A DNA stretch of 64,000 nucleotides from positions 6,427-70,426 of the forward strand of contig JAAFJM010000002.1 of the NCBI GenBank assembly GCA_013298895.1. The letters are read 5' to 3'. The notes under the pieces were generated by a model. It did no database searches and was not told the origin of the DNA. It saw only the letters and a program-made list of their open reading frames with translations. Made by a program: the position numbers and the translations under genes. Below, piece after piece: positions 8,733 to 18,111 of this stretch; position 1 is the stretch's first letter; every line of letters begins with the position of its first letter. The stretch comes from Bacteroidota bacterium. GTDB taxonomy: Bacteria; Bacteroidota; Bacteroidia; UKL13-3.

Positions 8733-11159
8733 TTAGCTACTGCAAGTTACACAACCTTCTTCCATGGTACAAACTTGACCTGTGAAATCGGTTGTAATAT
8801 CATCTATATTATTGCCCGTTGGTACCGTTGAATTAGAAACAGTATTTAAAGTAGGAGCTACTTCAATAACAGGAACTACAGGTTGCATATCATTATTACC
8901 TTGTTTTTCAATGGTGAACTGAACTGCTTGGGTAGCTGCTTGTGAGCGTAAGTAATACATACCAGTTTTTAAACCTTTTTTCCATGCATAAAAGTGCATT
9001 GAAGTAAGCTTAGAACTGCTAGGGCTATCCACAAATAAATTCAACGACTGCGATTGGCAAATATACGCTCCCCTATCGGCAGCCATATCAATTAAATTAC
9101 GTTGTTTAATTTCCCAAACGGTTTTGTATAGTTCTTTGATATTTGCTGGTATTTCAGCAATATTTTGAACTGAACCATTTGCCGCAATTATTTTATTTTT
9201 CATATCATTAGTCCAAAGTCCTAATTGAACTAAATCTTTTAATAAATGCTTATTAACCACTACAAATTCGCCACTTAAAACCCTACGAGTATAAATATTT
9301 GAAGTATATGGTTCAAAACACTCATTATTTCCTAAAATTTGAGAAGTAGAAGCCGTTGGCATTGGTGCTACTAATAATGAATTTCTAACACCATGTTCTA
9401 TTACTTCAGCTCTTAATGCTTCCCAATTCCAGTTTTCGGTAGCATTTATATCCCATAAGTCAAATTGGAATTTTCCTTTTGAAAGCGGAGAACCTTTAAA
9501 TGTTTCGTAAGCACCTTCTTTTTTAGCTAAGTCTTTACTTGCTGTTAAGGAAGCAAAATATATTGTTTCAAAAATATTTTTATTTAACTGTTTTGCCGAA
9601 TCACTTTCGAATGGCATGCGCAATAAAATAAACACATCTGCTAATCCTTGAACCCCTAATCCAATTGGGCGGTGACGCATGTTAGAGTTTCTTGCCTCTT
9701 CAACTGGATAATAATTATAATCAATAATTTTATTTAGGTTTAAAGTAGCTTGGTAAGTTACTTCATATAATTTGTTATGATCAAATTTACCATCAATAAC
9801 AAAACGTGGTAAAGCCAATGAAGCTAAATTACAAACTGCCACTTCATCAGGACTTGTGTATTCCATGATTTCAGTACATAAGTTACTGCTTTTAATGGTA
9901 CCTAAATTTTGTTGATTGCTTTTACGGTTTGCGGCATCCTTGTAAAGCATGTATGGTGTACCGGTTTCGATTTGTGATTCCATAATAGCAAACCATAAAT
10001 CTTGTGCTTTAATAGTTTGACGTGCTTTACCTTGTGCTTCGTAACTAGTATAAAGTGCTTCAAACTCATCTCCCCAACACTCGCTTAAGCCTGGTGCTTC
10101 ATTCGGACAGAAAAGACTCCAATCGCCATTTTCTTCTACACGTTTCATAAATAAATCGCATATCCAAAGTGCGTAGAATAAATCGCGTGCACGCATTTCT
10201 TCCTTACCATGGTTTTTACGTAAATCCAAAAATGCAAAAACATCGGCATGCCAAGGTTCTAAGTAAATTGCAAAAGCACCTTTACGTTTTCCTCCACCTT
10301 GATCTACATAGCGAGCAGTATCGTTGAATACACGCAACATTGGAACAATACCATTGCTAGTTCCATTAGTTCCGCCAATATAACTACCAGTAGCTCTAAT
10401 ATTGTGTATTGCTAAACCAATTCCACCTGCACTTTGCGAAATTTTAGCTGTTTGTTTTAAAGTATCATAAATACCGTCAATGCTATCTTCTTTCATGGTT
10501 AAAAGAAAACAACTACTCATTTGAGGTTTTGGAGTACCTGCATTAAATAATGTAGGAGTAGCATGGGTAAACCAACGCTCACTCATTAAATTATAAGTAG
10601 CAATTACACTATCGATATCTTCCTTGTGAATTCCAAGGGCTACGCGCATATACATATGTTGTGGACGCTCAGCCACTTTTCCATCTACACGGAACAAGTA
10701 TGATTTTTCAATTGTTTTGAACCCAAAATAATCAAAAGCAAAATCCCTATCGTAAATAATAGAACTATCTAATAATTCTGCATTCTTTTGAATTATTTCA
10801 TAAATATCTTCAGCAATTAATGGTGTTCTTTTACATGTACCTTTATCGGTATAGTTATAAAGTTTTTCCATTGTTTCCGAAAATGACTTAATGGTATTTT
10901 TGTGTAAATTACTTACAGCAATTCTACTTGCTAATAAAGCATAATCGGGATGCTTAGTTGTAAGTGAAGCAGCAGTTTCTGCAGCTAAATTATCTAACTC
11001 TGTAGTAGGAACTCCATCGTAAATTCCTTGAACCACTTTTTTAGCCACATCAATTGGATCAATTAATGGACTTAAACTGTAACTAAGCTTTTCAATTCTT
11101 GCCGTTACTTTGTCAAATTTAACGCTTTCTTTTTTGCCGTTTCTTTTAATTACAAACAT
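8733..11159 (-). CDS. nrdA: Ribonucleoside-diphosphate reductase class Ia alpha subunit
   Basis: N-terminal ATP cone ([11 protein letters not shown]), [40 protein letters not shown] and C-terminal cysteines. Confidence 0.98.
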   Translation of the reverse strand: MFVIKRNGKKESVKFDKVTARIEKLSYSLSPLIDPIDVAKKVVQGIYDGVPTTELDNLAAETAASLTTKHPDYALLASRIAVSNLHKNTIKSFSETMEKLYNYTDKGTCKRTPLIAEDIYEIIQKNAELLDSSIIYDRDFAFDYFGFKTIEKSYLFRVDGKVAERPQHMYMRVALGIHKEDIDSVIATYNLMSERWFTHATPTLFNAGTPKPQMSSCFLLTMKEDSIDGIYDTLKQTAKISQSAGGIGLAIHNIRATGSYIGGTNGTSNGIVPMLRVFNDTARYVDQGGGKRKGAFAIYLEPWHADVFAFLDLRKNHGKEEMRARDLFYALWICDLFMKRVEENGDWSLFCPNEAPGLSECWGDEFEALYTSYEAQGKARQTIKAQDLWFAIMESQIETGTPYMLYKDAANRKSNQQNLGTIKSSNLCTEIMEYTSPDEVAVCNLASLALPRFVIDGKFDHNKLYEVTYQATLNLNKIIDYNYYPVEEARNSNMRHRPIGLGVQGLADVFILLRMPFESDSAKQLNKNIFETIYFASLTASKDLAKKEGAYETFKGSPLSKGKFQFDLWDINATENWNWEALRAEVIEHGVRNSLLVAPMPTASTSQILGNNECFEPYTSNIYTRRVLSGEFVVVNKHLLKDLVQLGLWTNDMKNKIIAANGSVQNIAEIPANIKELYKTVWEIKQRNLIDMAADRGAYICQSQSLNLFVDSPSSSKLTSMHFYAWKKGLKTGMYYLRSQAATQAVQFTIEKQGNNDMQPVVPVIEVAPTLNTVSNSTVPTGNNIDDITTDFTGQVCTMEEGCVTCSS

Positions 11160-11168
11160 CTTAATAAT

Positions 11169-11199
11169 TTTGATTTAGGATTTTTGATTTAGGATTTTT
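11169..11199. repeat. Left arm of the inverted repeat flanking the four-helix-bundle gene (14-bp tandem unit)
   Basis: tttgatttaggatt repeated twice. 11169-11190 is the exact reverse complement of 11620-11641. Confidence 0.85.
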
Positions 11200-11255
11200 C
11201 TGTTTTGATTTATTCATTTTACATGAATATCAATACAGAAATTTTAGACCAAAAA

Positions 11256-11621
11256 TCAATGTTTCTTTTGTTTTACTGTTTTAACTGAAGCTACAAAAAT
11301 GCTTACCAATTCATTCGCTTCTTTTATCAAAGGTTGAGTAATAGTTTTATCTAAAAGGTTTAACTCTTCCAAAATTTCTAACCAATACATGGATTCATCA
11401 GCTTCTTCAATAACAATTTCTAATTTATAAATGAAGTCTGCTGTAGATTTTGCCCTTGAACTAGCTCTGTAATTTGCACCTACAGACCCAGCTGCTCTTA
11501 TTAATTGCTTTGCCAACTCAAAGCCTGCAGCAGTTTTTGGCAAACTATCACATGCTTTAATTACAGCTATATTGAACAATTTAGTTCTTGATTGTAAGGC
11601 TAATTTATTACTAATTTCCAA
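11256..11621 (-). CDS. Four helix bundle protein (23S rRNA IVS protein / TIGR02436-like)
   Basis: LAKQLIRAAGSVGANYRA...SRAKSTADFIYKLEIVIEEADESMYWLEIL...EANELVSIF signature; TTG start. Confidence 0.92.
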   Translation of the reverse strand: MEISNKLALQSRTKLFNIAVIKACDSLPKTAAGFELAKQLIRAAGSVGANYRASSRAKSTADFIYKLEIVIEEADESMYWLEILEELNLLDKTITQPLIKEANELVSIFVASVKTVKQKKH

Positions 11622-11641
11622 ATCAAAAATCCTAAATCAAA
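11620..11641. repeat. Right arm of the inverted repeat flanking the four-helix-bundle gene
   Basis: aaatcaaaaatcctaaatcaaa; overlaps the TTG start codon of the four-helix-bundle gene. Confidence 0.85.
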
Positions 11642-11653
11642 GTTCAATAATTT

Positions 11654-12625
11654 TTAAAAATCTTCTTCTAGTGAAAATGCATGGCCTTCTTTTCCGCCCA
11701 TTACACCAGCTTTTTGGTAATCACCAACTCTTTTTTCAAAGAAGTTAGTTTTACCTTGTAACGATATCATTTCCATAAAATCAAATGGATTTGTAGCGTT
11801 ATATAATTTTGCATATCCTAACTCTGCTAACCATCTGTCAGCCACAAATTCAATGTACTGCTGCATTAGCTTTGCATTCATTCCTATTAAATCAACAGGT
11901 AATGCTTCAGATACAAATTCCTTTTCAATTGCTACCGCATCTCTAATAATGGTATGAACTTCTTCTTGGCTCAATTTATTGCTTAACATACTATACATTA
12001 AACAAGCAAACTCGCAATGCATTCCTTCATCGCGGCTAATTAGTTCATTACTAAATGTTAAACCTGGCATTAAACCACGCTTTTTCATCCAAAATATAGA
12101 ACAAAAACTACCACTAAAAAAGATTCCTTCAACTGCTGCAAAGGCCACCAAACGCTGAGCAAAAGTTCCATTACTAATCCAACGTAAAGCCCATTCTGCT
12201 TTCTTTTTAACAGCAGGAACTGTATCTATGGCATGAAATAATCTATCCTTTTCTTTTGGATCTTTAATATAAGTATCAATCAACAATGCATATGTTTCAC
12301 TATGGATATTTTCCATCATAATTTGGAAACCATAGTAACATCTAGCCTCAGGCAATTGAACCTCGCTCATGAAGTTAACAGCTAAATTTTCGTTAACTAT
12401 ACCATCACTTGCTGCAAAAAATGCCAGAATATGAGAAATAAAATGACGTTCTCCATCATTTAATTTTGCCCAATCCTTTAAATCGTCACTCAAATCAATT
12501 TCCTCAGCAGTCCAAAAGCTAGCTTCATGTTTTTTATACATTTCCCATACTTTTGGATAATTAATGGGTAGAATAACAAATCTGTCTTTGTTTTCCCTCA
12601 ATAATAACTCGTCTTGATTTTGCAT
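11654..12625 (-). CDS. nrdB: Ribonucleoside-diphosphate reductase class Ia beta subunit
   Basis: [29 protein letters not shown] (radical Tyr), [17 protein letters not shown] and [10 protein letters not shown]. Confidence 0.98.
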   Translation of the reverse strand: MQNQDELLLRENKDRFVILPINYPKVWEMYKKHEASFWTAEEIDLSDDLKDWAKLNDGERHFISHILAFFAASDGIVNENLAVNFMSEVQLPEARCYYGFQIMMENIHSETYALLIDTYIKDPKEKDRLFHAIDTVPAVKKKAEWALRWISNGTFAQRLVAFAAVEGIFFSGSFCSIFWMKKRGLMPGLTFSNELISRDEGMHCEFACLMYSMLSNKLSQEEVHTIIRDAVAIEKEFVSEALPVDLIGMNAKLMQQYIEFVADRWLAELGYAKLYNATNPFDFMEMISLQGKTNFFEKRVGDYQKAGVMGGKEGHAFSLEEDF

Positions 12626-12931
12626 TTTTTGTTTTTTTTCTAAAATTAACCGTTAATAAATTAAAGTAAGTTTAGCATTCAAATCATAAATACATTTCAT
12701 TGAATGTGATTTAAATTTATTTTGAATATTTAGCTTCCTACAATAATACATTGCATGGGTTAAGTATGTTTCAAAAAGTTAATCACAGGATTGTTAATAT
12801 CACTCGAAACACCAGTCTTTTCAGTGCTTGCAAGCATCAGTAATTTTAGTTTTCAACAAGTAATCAAGGCGTTTATTTTGTACTTGTTTTTGTAAAAAAA
12901 AATGTACCCATCAATGAAATAGGCACCTAAC

Positions 12932-12968
12932 AAAAAAGGAACTTTTCTTTTGAAAAAGTTCCTTTTTT
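12932..12968 (-). terminator. Terminator after the pit transporter
   Basis: aaaaaaggaacttttc...gaaaaagttcctttttt. Confidence 0.75.
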
Positions 12969-13011
12969 GAATAAAATTATTTTTAAGTATGAAAAGTAAA
13001 GAAATTGTTTT

Positions 13012-14412
13012 TTAACCTGCCATTGCCCTGAATAATAAAAATAATAATCCTGAAAGTAATATTGTTACAGGTAAGGTTAATACCCATGCAATGGCAATAT
13101 TTTTAATTGTTCCAGCTTGCAAATTCTTAATACCTTTACTAGCTACCATACTACCAGCAATACCCGATGATAAAACTTGAGTGGTACTTACTGGCAAACC
13201 AAATGCTGTTGCTAAACCAATTGTTCCAGCCGCAACTAATTCACTTGAAGCTCCTTGAGCATAATTCAAATGTTGTTTTCCAATTTTTTCACCAATTGTC
13301 TTTACAATTCGTTTCCAACCCACCATAGTTCCTAATCCAAGTGATATAGAAATCATAAATATAACCCATGTTGGTGAATATTCTGTAATTGTTTTAACGC
13401 CCCCAATTGATGCTTTCAAGCCATTTTTATCCTCTTCGCTCAATGCAATTGTTTTACTGTATTTAATTTTATCAATATCTTTTGCCAACCTTGTAACGTT
13501 CGTTCTTACCTCAAATTTTTCTTGAGTAGTTAAACTATCGAATGACTTGGAGTTTAAAATAAACATTACTTTATGAGTGATAACTTGCACTTTAGCAATT
13601 TCTAAACTATCCTCTTTTGAAAGTTTTTCAACTATTGTTTTATCTAAAATACTATTAATAGCTATTATTTCATATTTAACTTTTGGTAAATCAACTTTGG
13701 CATTAATGGCAAAATATCCAGGAACAATAGCTATTAAAATTAACATTACCAATCCAACCCCTTTTTGTCCATCATTACTTCCGTGACTGTAACTAACACC
13801 GGTGCAAGTCAATAACAAAATCATTCTAATCCAAAATGGTGGTGGATCATTTGTTTTTGGTGCTCTAAAAATTGTTTTATTTTTTACAAATATTCTTAAC
13901 ACATACATTAGAAAGATCGATAAACTAAATCCTATAAGTGGTGAAATTAATAAACTCAAGCCAATATCTGAAGCTTTGTGCCAATTAACGTAAGTACCAC
14001 TTTTTTCTGCAATAAATGAATAAGCTAAACCAACACCTAATATACTTCCAACTAAAGTATGTGAACTTGAACATGGAATACCAAAATACCAAGTTCCTAA
14101 ATTCCATATAATTGCTGTTAAAAGTAAGGACATAATTAAAGCTATACTATGGTAAATATTTTGGTCAGCAAGCATTTCACTTGGTATTAAATAGCTAATT
14201 CCCATAGCCACCGTAATACCACCAGCAAACACACCAACACTATTCCATATTCCACTCCAAATTACAGCTACCCATGGCTTTAATGAATTGGTATAAATAA
14301 CTGTAGCAACAGCATTAGCAGTATCGTGAAAACCATTAATAAATTCGAAAGCGCAGGCTGCAAATAAGCAAGCAATTAAAAGAAAAGTTAAGGTTGGGTC
14401 TAATCCAAACAT
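13012..14412 (-). CDS. pit: Inorganic phosphate transporter (PiT family)
   Basis: FEFINGFHDTANAVAT, PCSSSHTLVG, SHGSNDGQKGVG and PVSTTQV motifs. ATG at 14412 preferred over the ORF-track start at 14484. Confidence 0.93.
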   Translation of the reverse strand: MFGLDPTLTFLLIACLFAACAFEFINGFHDTANAVATVIYTNSLKPWVAVIWSGIWNSVGVFAGGITVAMGISYLIPSEMLADQNIYHSIALIMSLLLTAIIWNLGTWYFGIPCSSSHTLVGSILGVGLAYSFIAEKSGTYVNWHKASDIGLSLLISPLIGFSLSIFLMYVLRIFVKNKTIFRAPKTNDPPPFWIRMILLLTCTGVSYSHGSNDGQKGVGLVMLILIAIVPGYFAINAKVDLPKVKYEIIAINSILDKTIVEKLSKEDSLEIAKVQVITHKVMFILNSKSFDSLTTQEKFEVRTNVTRLAKDIDKIKYSKTIALSEEDKNGLKASIGGVKTITEYSPTWVIFMISISLGLGTMVGWKRIVKTIGEKIGKQHLNYAQGASSELVAAGTIGLATAFGLPVSTTQVLSSGIAGSMVASKGIKNLQAGTIKNIAIAWVLTLPVTILLSGLLFLLFRAMAG

Positions 14413-14638
14413 ATTATGTGGTATAATTTTGGGCGAAAGTAAATTTTCATTGCAATATTGCAATGTTAAGTAATTGTAAAGCAAATTTAATTTTTTTAAT
14501 TAATAATACCTGATTATAAATTTAGGATTTTATGATAGCAATACTATTTTTGAGGCATAATCGTTAATCAATTTGCTTAAAATAAATAACAATTAATCTT
14601 GGTTTTTTATTGCTATTTATCATAACAACAAAAATTAA

Positions 14639-15679
14639 ATGAAAAGTATAGTAGTAGTATTTATTTTTATTTCAACCACGTTAAAAGCCCAATTAGGTGG
14701 AATGACTCCTTATGGATTTTTAAATAATTATTCAAATGCAAGGATAGCAGCCTTGGGCGGAAGTGCAATTGCTACACACGATAACGATGCTAGCTTAGTA
14801 ATAAACAATCCATCACTTTTAACTGCCAATATGGATAAACAGCTTAGTTTAAATTACCAAAATTATTTGGCAAATATTGGCACAGGATATTTTGGTTATG
14901 CCTTCAATACCAAGAGTGCAGGTCCATTAATGCTAGGCGTTCAATATATTAATTACGGATCTTTTGATAAAAAAGATATTGATAATACCAATTTAGGAAG
15001 TTTTGCTGCCAATGATTTTGCCATTCATTTATCAACTTCACGCATTATTAAAAAATGGAATATTGGCGCTACTGCTAAATTTGTTTATTCTGTTATCGAA
15101 TCATACACAAGCACAGGCATGGCAGCCGACATAGCAGCAAGTTATAAAAGTGAAGATAGTCTTTCTGTTTTTACAGCTGTAATTAACAATTTAGGATATG
15201 AAATTTCAACATATACCGGAACAGAAAGACAACAGTACCCAATGAATTTACAAATTGGTTACAGCAAAAAATTTGCTCATAATCCATTACGTATATCAAT
15301 AATAGCACACGATTTACAAAAAATAGGTGGGTTACTTTATCAGAATAGCACAAAAAATAATAGGAACATTGATTTGTCAACCGGACTACCAATTGAAGAG
15401 GATTTTACTTCCATAAATTATTTAATGAGTCACCTAATTATTAATACAGAACTAGTATTTGGGCAAGGATTCCAATTAAGATTTGGTTATAATGATTTAC
15501 GTAGACGAGAATTGGCATTGCCCGATGCGCGTTCGTGGGCTGGTTTTAGTTGGGGTTTTGGTTTGAAAGTTCGTAAGTTTAGATTTTCATATGGCTCATC
15601 ATCTATTTATTCAGGAAATGCAACAAATCATTTCTCAATAATTACTAACTTGCAAGAGTTTTATAAAAAGAAAAATTAA
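14639..15679 (+). CDS. porQ: T9SS outer-membrane protein PorQ-like
   Basis: Signal peptide, FLN..SNARIAALGG, NPSLL and LRFGYN..RRREL...GFSWGFG; lies directly upstream of cmk as in other Bacteroidota. Confidence 0.8.
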   Translation: MKSIVVVFIFISTTLKAQLGGMTPYGFLNNYSNARIAALGGSAIATHDNDASLVINNPSLLTANMDKQLSLNYQNYLANIGTGYFGYAFNTKSAGPLMLGVQYINYGSFDKKDIDNTNLGSFAANDFAIHLSTSRIIKKWNIGATAKFVYSVIESYTSTGMAADIAASYKSEDSLSVFTAVINNLGYEISTYTGTERQQYPMNLQIGYSKKFAHNPLRISIIAHDLQKIGGLLYQNSTKNNRNIDLSTGLPIEEDFTSINYLMSHLIINTELVFGQGFQLRFGYNDLRRRELALPDARSWAGFSWGFGLKVRKFRFSYGSSSIYSGNATNHFSIITNLQEFYKKKN

Positions 15680-16368
15680 TGAAAGCTATTGTTATTGCTA
15701 TAGATGGTTATTCTTCATGTGGTAAAAGTACCATTGCCAAAGAATTATCAAAAATACTGGCTTATAAATATGTAGATACTGGCGCTATGTACAGAGCTGT
15801 TACTTTGTATTTTATTCAAAATCATATTGATTTCAATAATATTCAAGATGTAATTAACGCACTAGAAAAAATTAATATCACATTTAAAATAGATGAGCAA
15901 ACTCAAATTCAAGAGACATTTTTGAATGGTGAAAATATTGAAAATGAAATTAGGGTAAATCCACGTGTAGCGGGTTTTGTAAGCAATGTAAGTTCAATAA
16001 GTGAGGTAAGACGCTTTTTGGTAAAACAACAACAGGAACTTGGAAAGCTAAGAGGTATAATTATGGATGGACGCGATATTGGAACAGTTGTTTTCCCTGA
16101 TGCAGAATTAAAGTTATTCATTACAGCCGATCCTAATGTAAGAGCCCAAAGAAGATTTGACGAGTTAAAAGCTAAAGGAAATACTACCACATTTGAAGAA
16201 GTATTAGCTAATTTAACCAAACGCGATTACATTGATTCCAACAGAGATGACTCTCCACTTATGAAAGCAGATGATGCCATTGAAATTGACAATAGCAATA
16301 TCAATCAAAAAGAGCAGTTAGAATTAATTTTAAAGTTGGTAAACGAAAAGATTGGATTGAAAGCTTAG
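15679..16368 (+). CDS. cmk: Cytidylate kinase
   Basis: IAIDGYSSCGKST P-loop, DTGAMYRA and MDGRDIGTVVFPDA. Confidence 0.97.
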   Translation: MKAIVIAIDGYSSCGKSTIAKELSKILAYKYVDTGAMYRAVTLYFIQNHIDFNNIQDVINALEKINITFKIDEQTQIQETFLNGENIENEIRVNPRVAGFVSNVSSISEVRRFLVKQQQELGKLRGIIMDGRDIGTVVFPDAELKLFITADPNVRAQRRFDELKAKGNTTTFEEVLANLTKRDYIDSNRDDSPLMKADDAIEIDNSNINQKEQLELILKLVNEKIGLKA

Positions 16369-17331
16369 CTAAAGATACTTTTTAGTAAAATTATATGCAG
16401 CATGTTCAGAGTAGTATTGCCCATTAATACTACTCAACGCAAACCCAACATGGCCTCCTTTTTCTGGTGTTTCTAAATAAAAATGTTTACTGTTTTTTGC
16501 AATATTAAAAGGAAAACAGCTAGGTGCCAAAAATGGGTCGTTAAGGGCATTAACTAATAAAGTAGGAATGTTTATTTTATTTATAAATTGCAATGAACTG
16601 CATTGATGGTAATAATCATCTGCATTTTCAAAACCATGAATTTTTGCCGTAAATCTTGTGTCCCACTCCTTAAAATTATTAATTTTATATAAATCGGTTA
16701 AATCAATTTGATCGGGAAATTGATTTGCTTTTTGAACTAATTTTTTGTTCAATGATTTGAGGAAACGAACCATATAAGGTTTATTCCAATTTTTACTTAA
16801 AACTTTTGAACTTGCCGCTAAATCAACTGGAACTGAGAATGCGAATGCAGTTTTGATCAGAGGGTTAATTTTTTCGGCTTGCTCTCCTAAATATTTGAGC
16901 AATACATTTCCTCCTAAACTAAAACCTCCTAATATTATTTTGGAATAATTTTTATTGATTATTATATGGTTGATAATATATTCAACATCATCACTTTTCC
17001 CACTATGGTAACTTGTTAAAAGCCTATTATTTTCTCCACTACAACTTCTAAAATTTACAGCACAAATATCAAAACCTTGATTAGAAAAATACTTAGAAAA
17101 CCCTTTGATGTATTGTGAATTTGAACTACCCTCAAGCCCATGAAACAAGATTAGTAAATTCTTACTATTATTCATAACATAGTCCAAATCCATAAAGTCA
17201 CCATCAGACAATTCAACTCTCTCTCGTTCATACGCAATATCAATTTTACGAAAAAGAGCAGGAATAATGGTTTCCAAATGTTTATTTTTATTCCATTTAT
17301 TTCCTTTAAAATTACTTGATATAATTGGCAT
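16369..17331 (-). CDS. YheT-like alpha/beta hydrolase
   Basis: HGLEGSS, GFSLGGN nucleophile elbow, DPF and GGHVGF. Confidence 0.88.
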   Translation of the reverse strand: MPIISSNFKGNKWNKNKHLETIIPALFRKIDIAYERERVELSDGDFMDLDYVMNNSKNLLILFHGLEGSSNSQYIKGFSKYFSNQGFDICAVNFRSCSGENNRLLTSYHSGKSDDVEYIINHIIINKNYSKIILGGFSLGGNVLLKYLGEQAEKINPLIKTAFAFSVPVDLAASSKVLSKNWNKPYMVRFLKSLNKKLVQKANQFPDQIDLTDLYKINNFKEWDTRFTAKIHGFENADDYYHQCSSLQFINKINIPTLLVNALNDPFLAPSCFPFNIAKNSKHFYLETPEKGGHVGFALSSINGQYYSEHAAYNFTKKYL

Positions 17332-17396
17332 TTTCCTGATTATTAGTTAAACCGACTTTATATTTCACATTTTAAAACTATAAAGTTATTATTGTA

Positions 17397-18083
17397 ATGC
17401 AAATGAAAACTATTTATACAACACTATTCGCATTAATTTTAACCATTAATGTTGTAGCTCAAAAAGATTATCATAAGTATTCTTTATACTTTAATGCAGG
17501 ATTACCTATTCAAACTAATTTCGACTTTAAGCCTACAATTGGCTCACTAGGTGAAGTGGGTTTAAAAGTAAAATTAATTAAGGGATTATCTTTATCGGCC
17601 GAGGCAAGTTCTGTTTTTTTCAAAAAGGAAATTAACTTCAATTATATAGTGGCTAATTATTTTACTCAAATAAATGCAGGAGGATTATTGTTAATGTATG
17701 AATTTAAACTTCAATCAAATTTTTTTTTGGGAATTGGTGCTGGCTATAATATGGGTTTATTTTCAGGAAGAGTTTTTAGTCCATACGAAGCAATTTATTA
17801 TGAACAAACCGGAACTTTAAATAGAAAAATTACAGGTACAGTTTCAACCATAAAAGGCGTTTTTAATATACGTAAATCTTTAAATAAATACCTTGATTGG
17901 CAACTTGGTTTAAGTTATGGGCATACCGATACCGAATTATTGGATATGTATAATAGTTTAAAAAACAAGAAAGCAGATACCTATTATATGGGTTACTTGG
18001 GTTTGGTTATTAACTTAGATGCGATTAAATTTAAAGGAATGGGCAAAAAAGTTTCTCGTAGATTAGGATGTCCTAATTTTTAA
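17397..18083 (+). CDS. Putative outer-membrane beta-barrel protein
   Basis: Signal peptide, amphipathic beta-strands and C-terminal CPNF. Confidence 0.55.
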   Translation: MQMKTIYTTLFALILTINVVAQKDYHKYSLYFNAGLPIQTNFDFKPTIGSLGEVGLKVKLIKGLSLSAEASSVFFKKEINFNYIVANYFTQINAGGLLLMYEFKLQSNFFLGIGAGYNMGLFSGRVFSPYEAIYYEQTGTLNRKITGTVSTIKGVFNIRKSLNKYLDWQLGLSYGHTDTELLDMYNSLKNKKADTYYMGYLGLVINLDAIKFKGMGKKVSRRLGCPNF

Positions 18084-18111
18084 TTTTTAAATCGTAACTC
18101 AAATATTTTAC

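Noticed and set aside
11256..11621. Diversity-generating retroelement, because of Avd similarity
   Set aside because: No reverse transcriptase and no template/variable repeat pair seen in the window.
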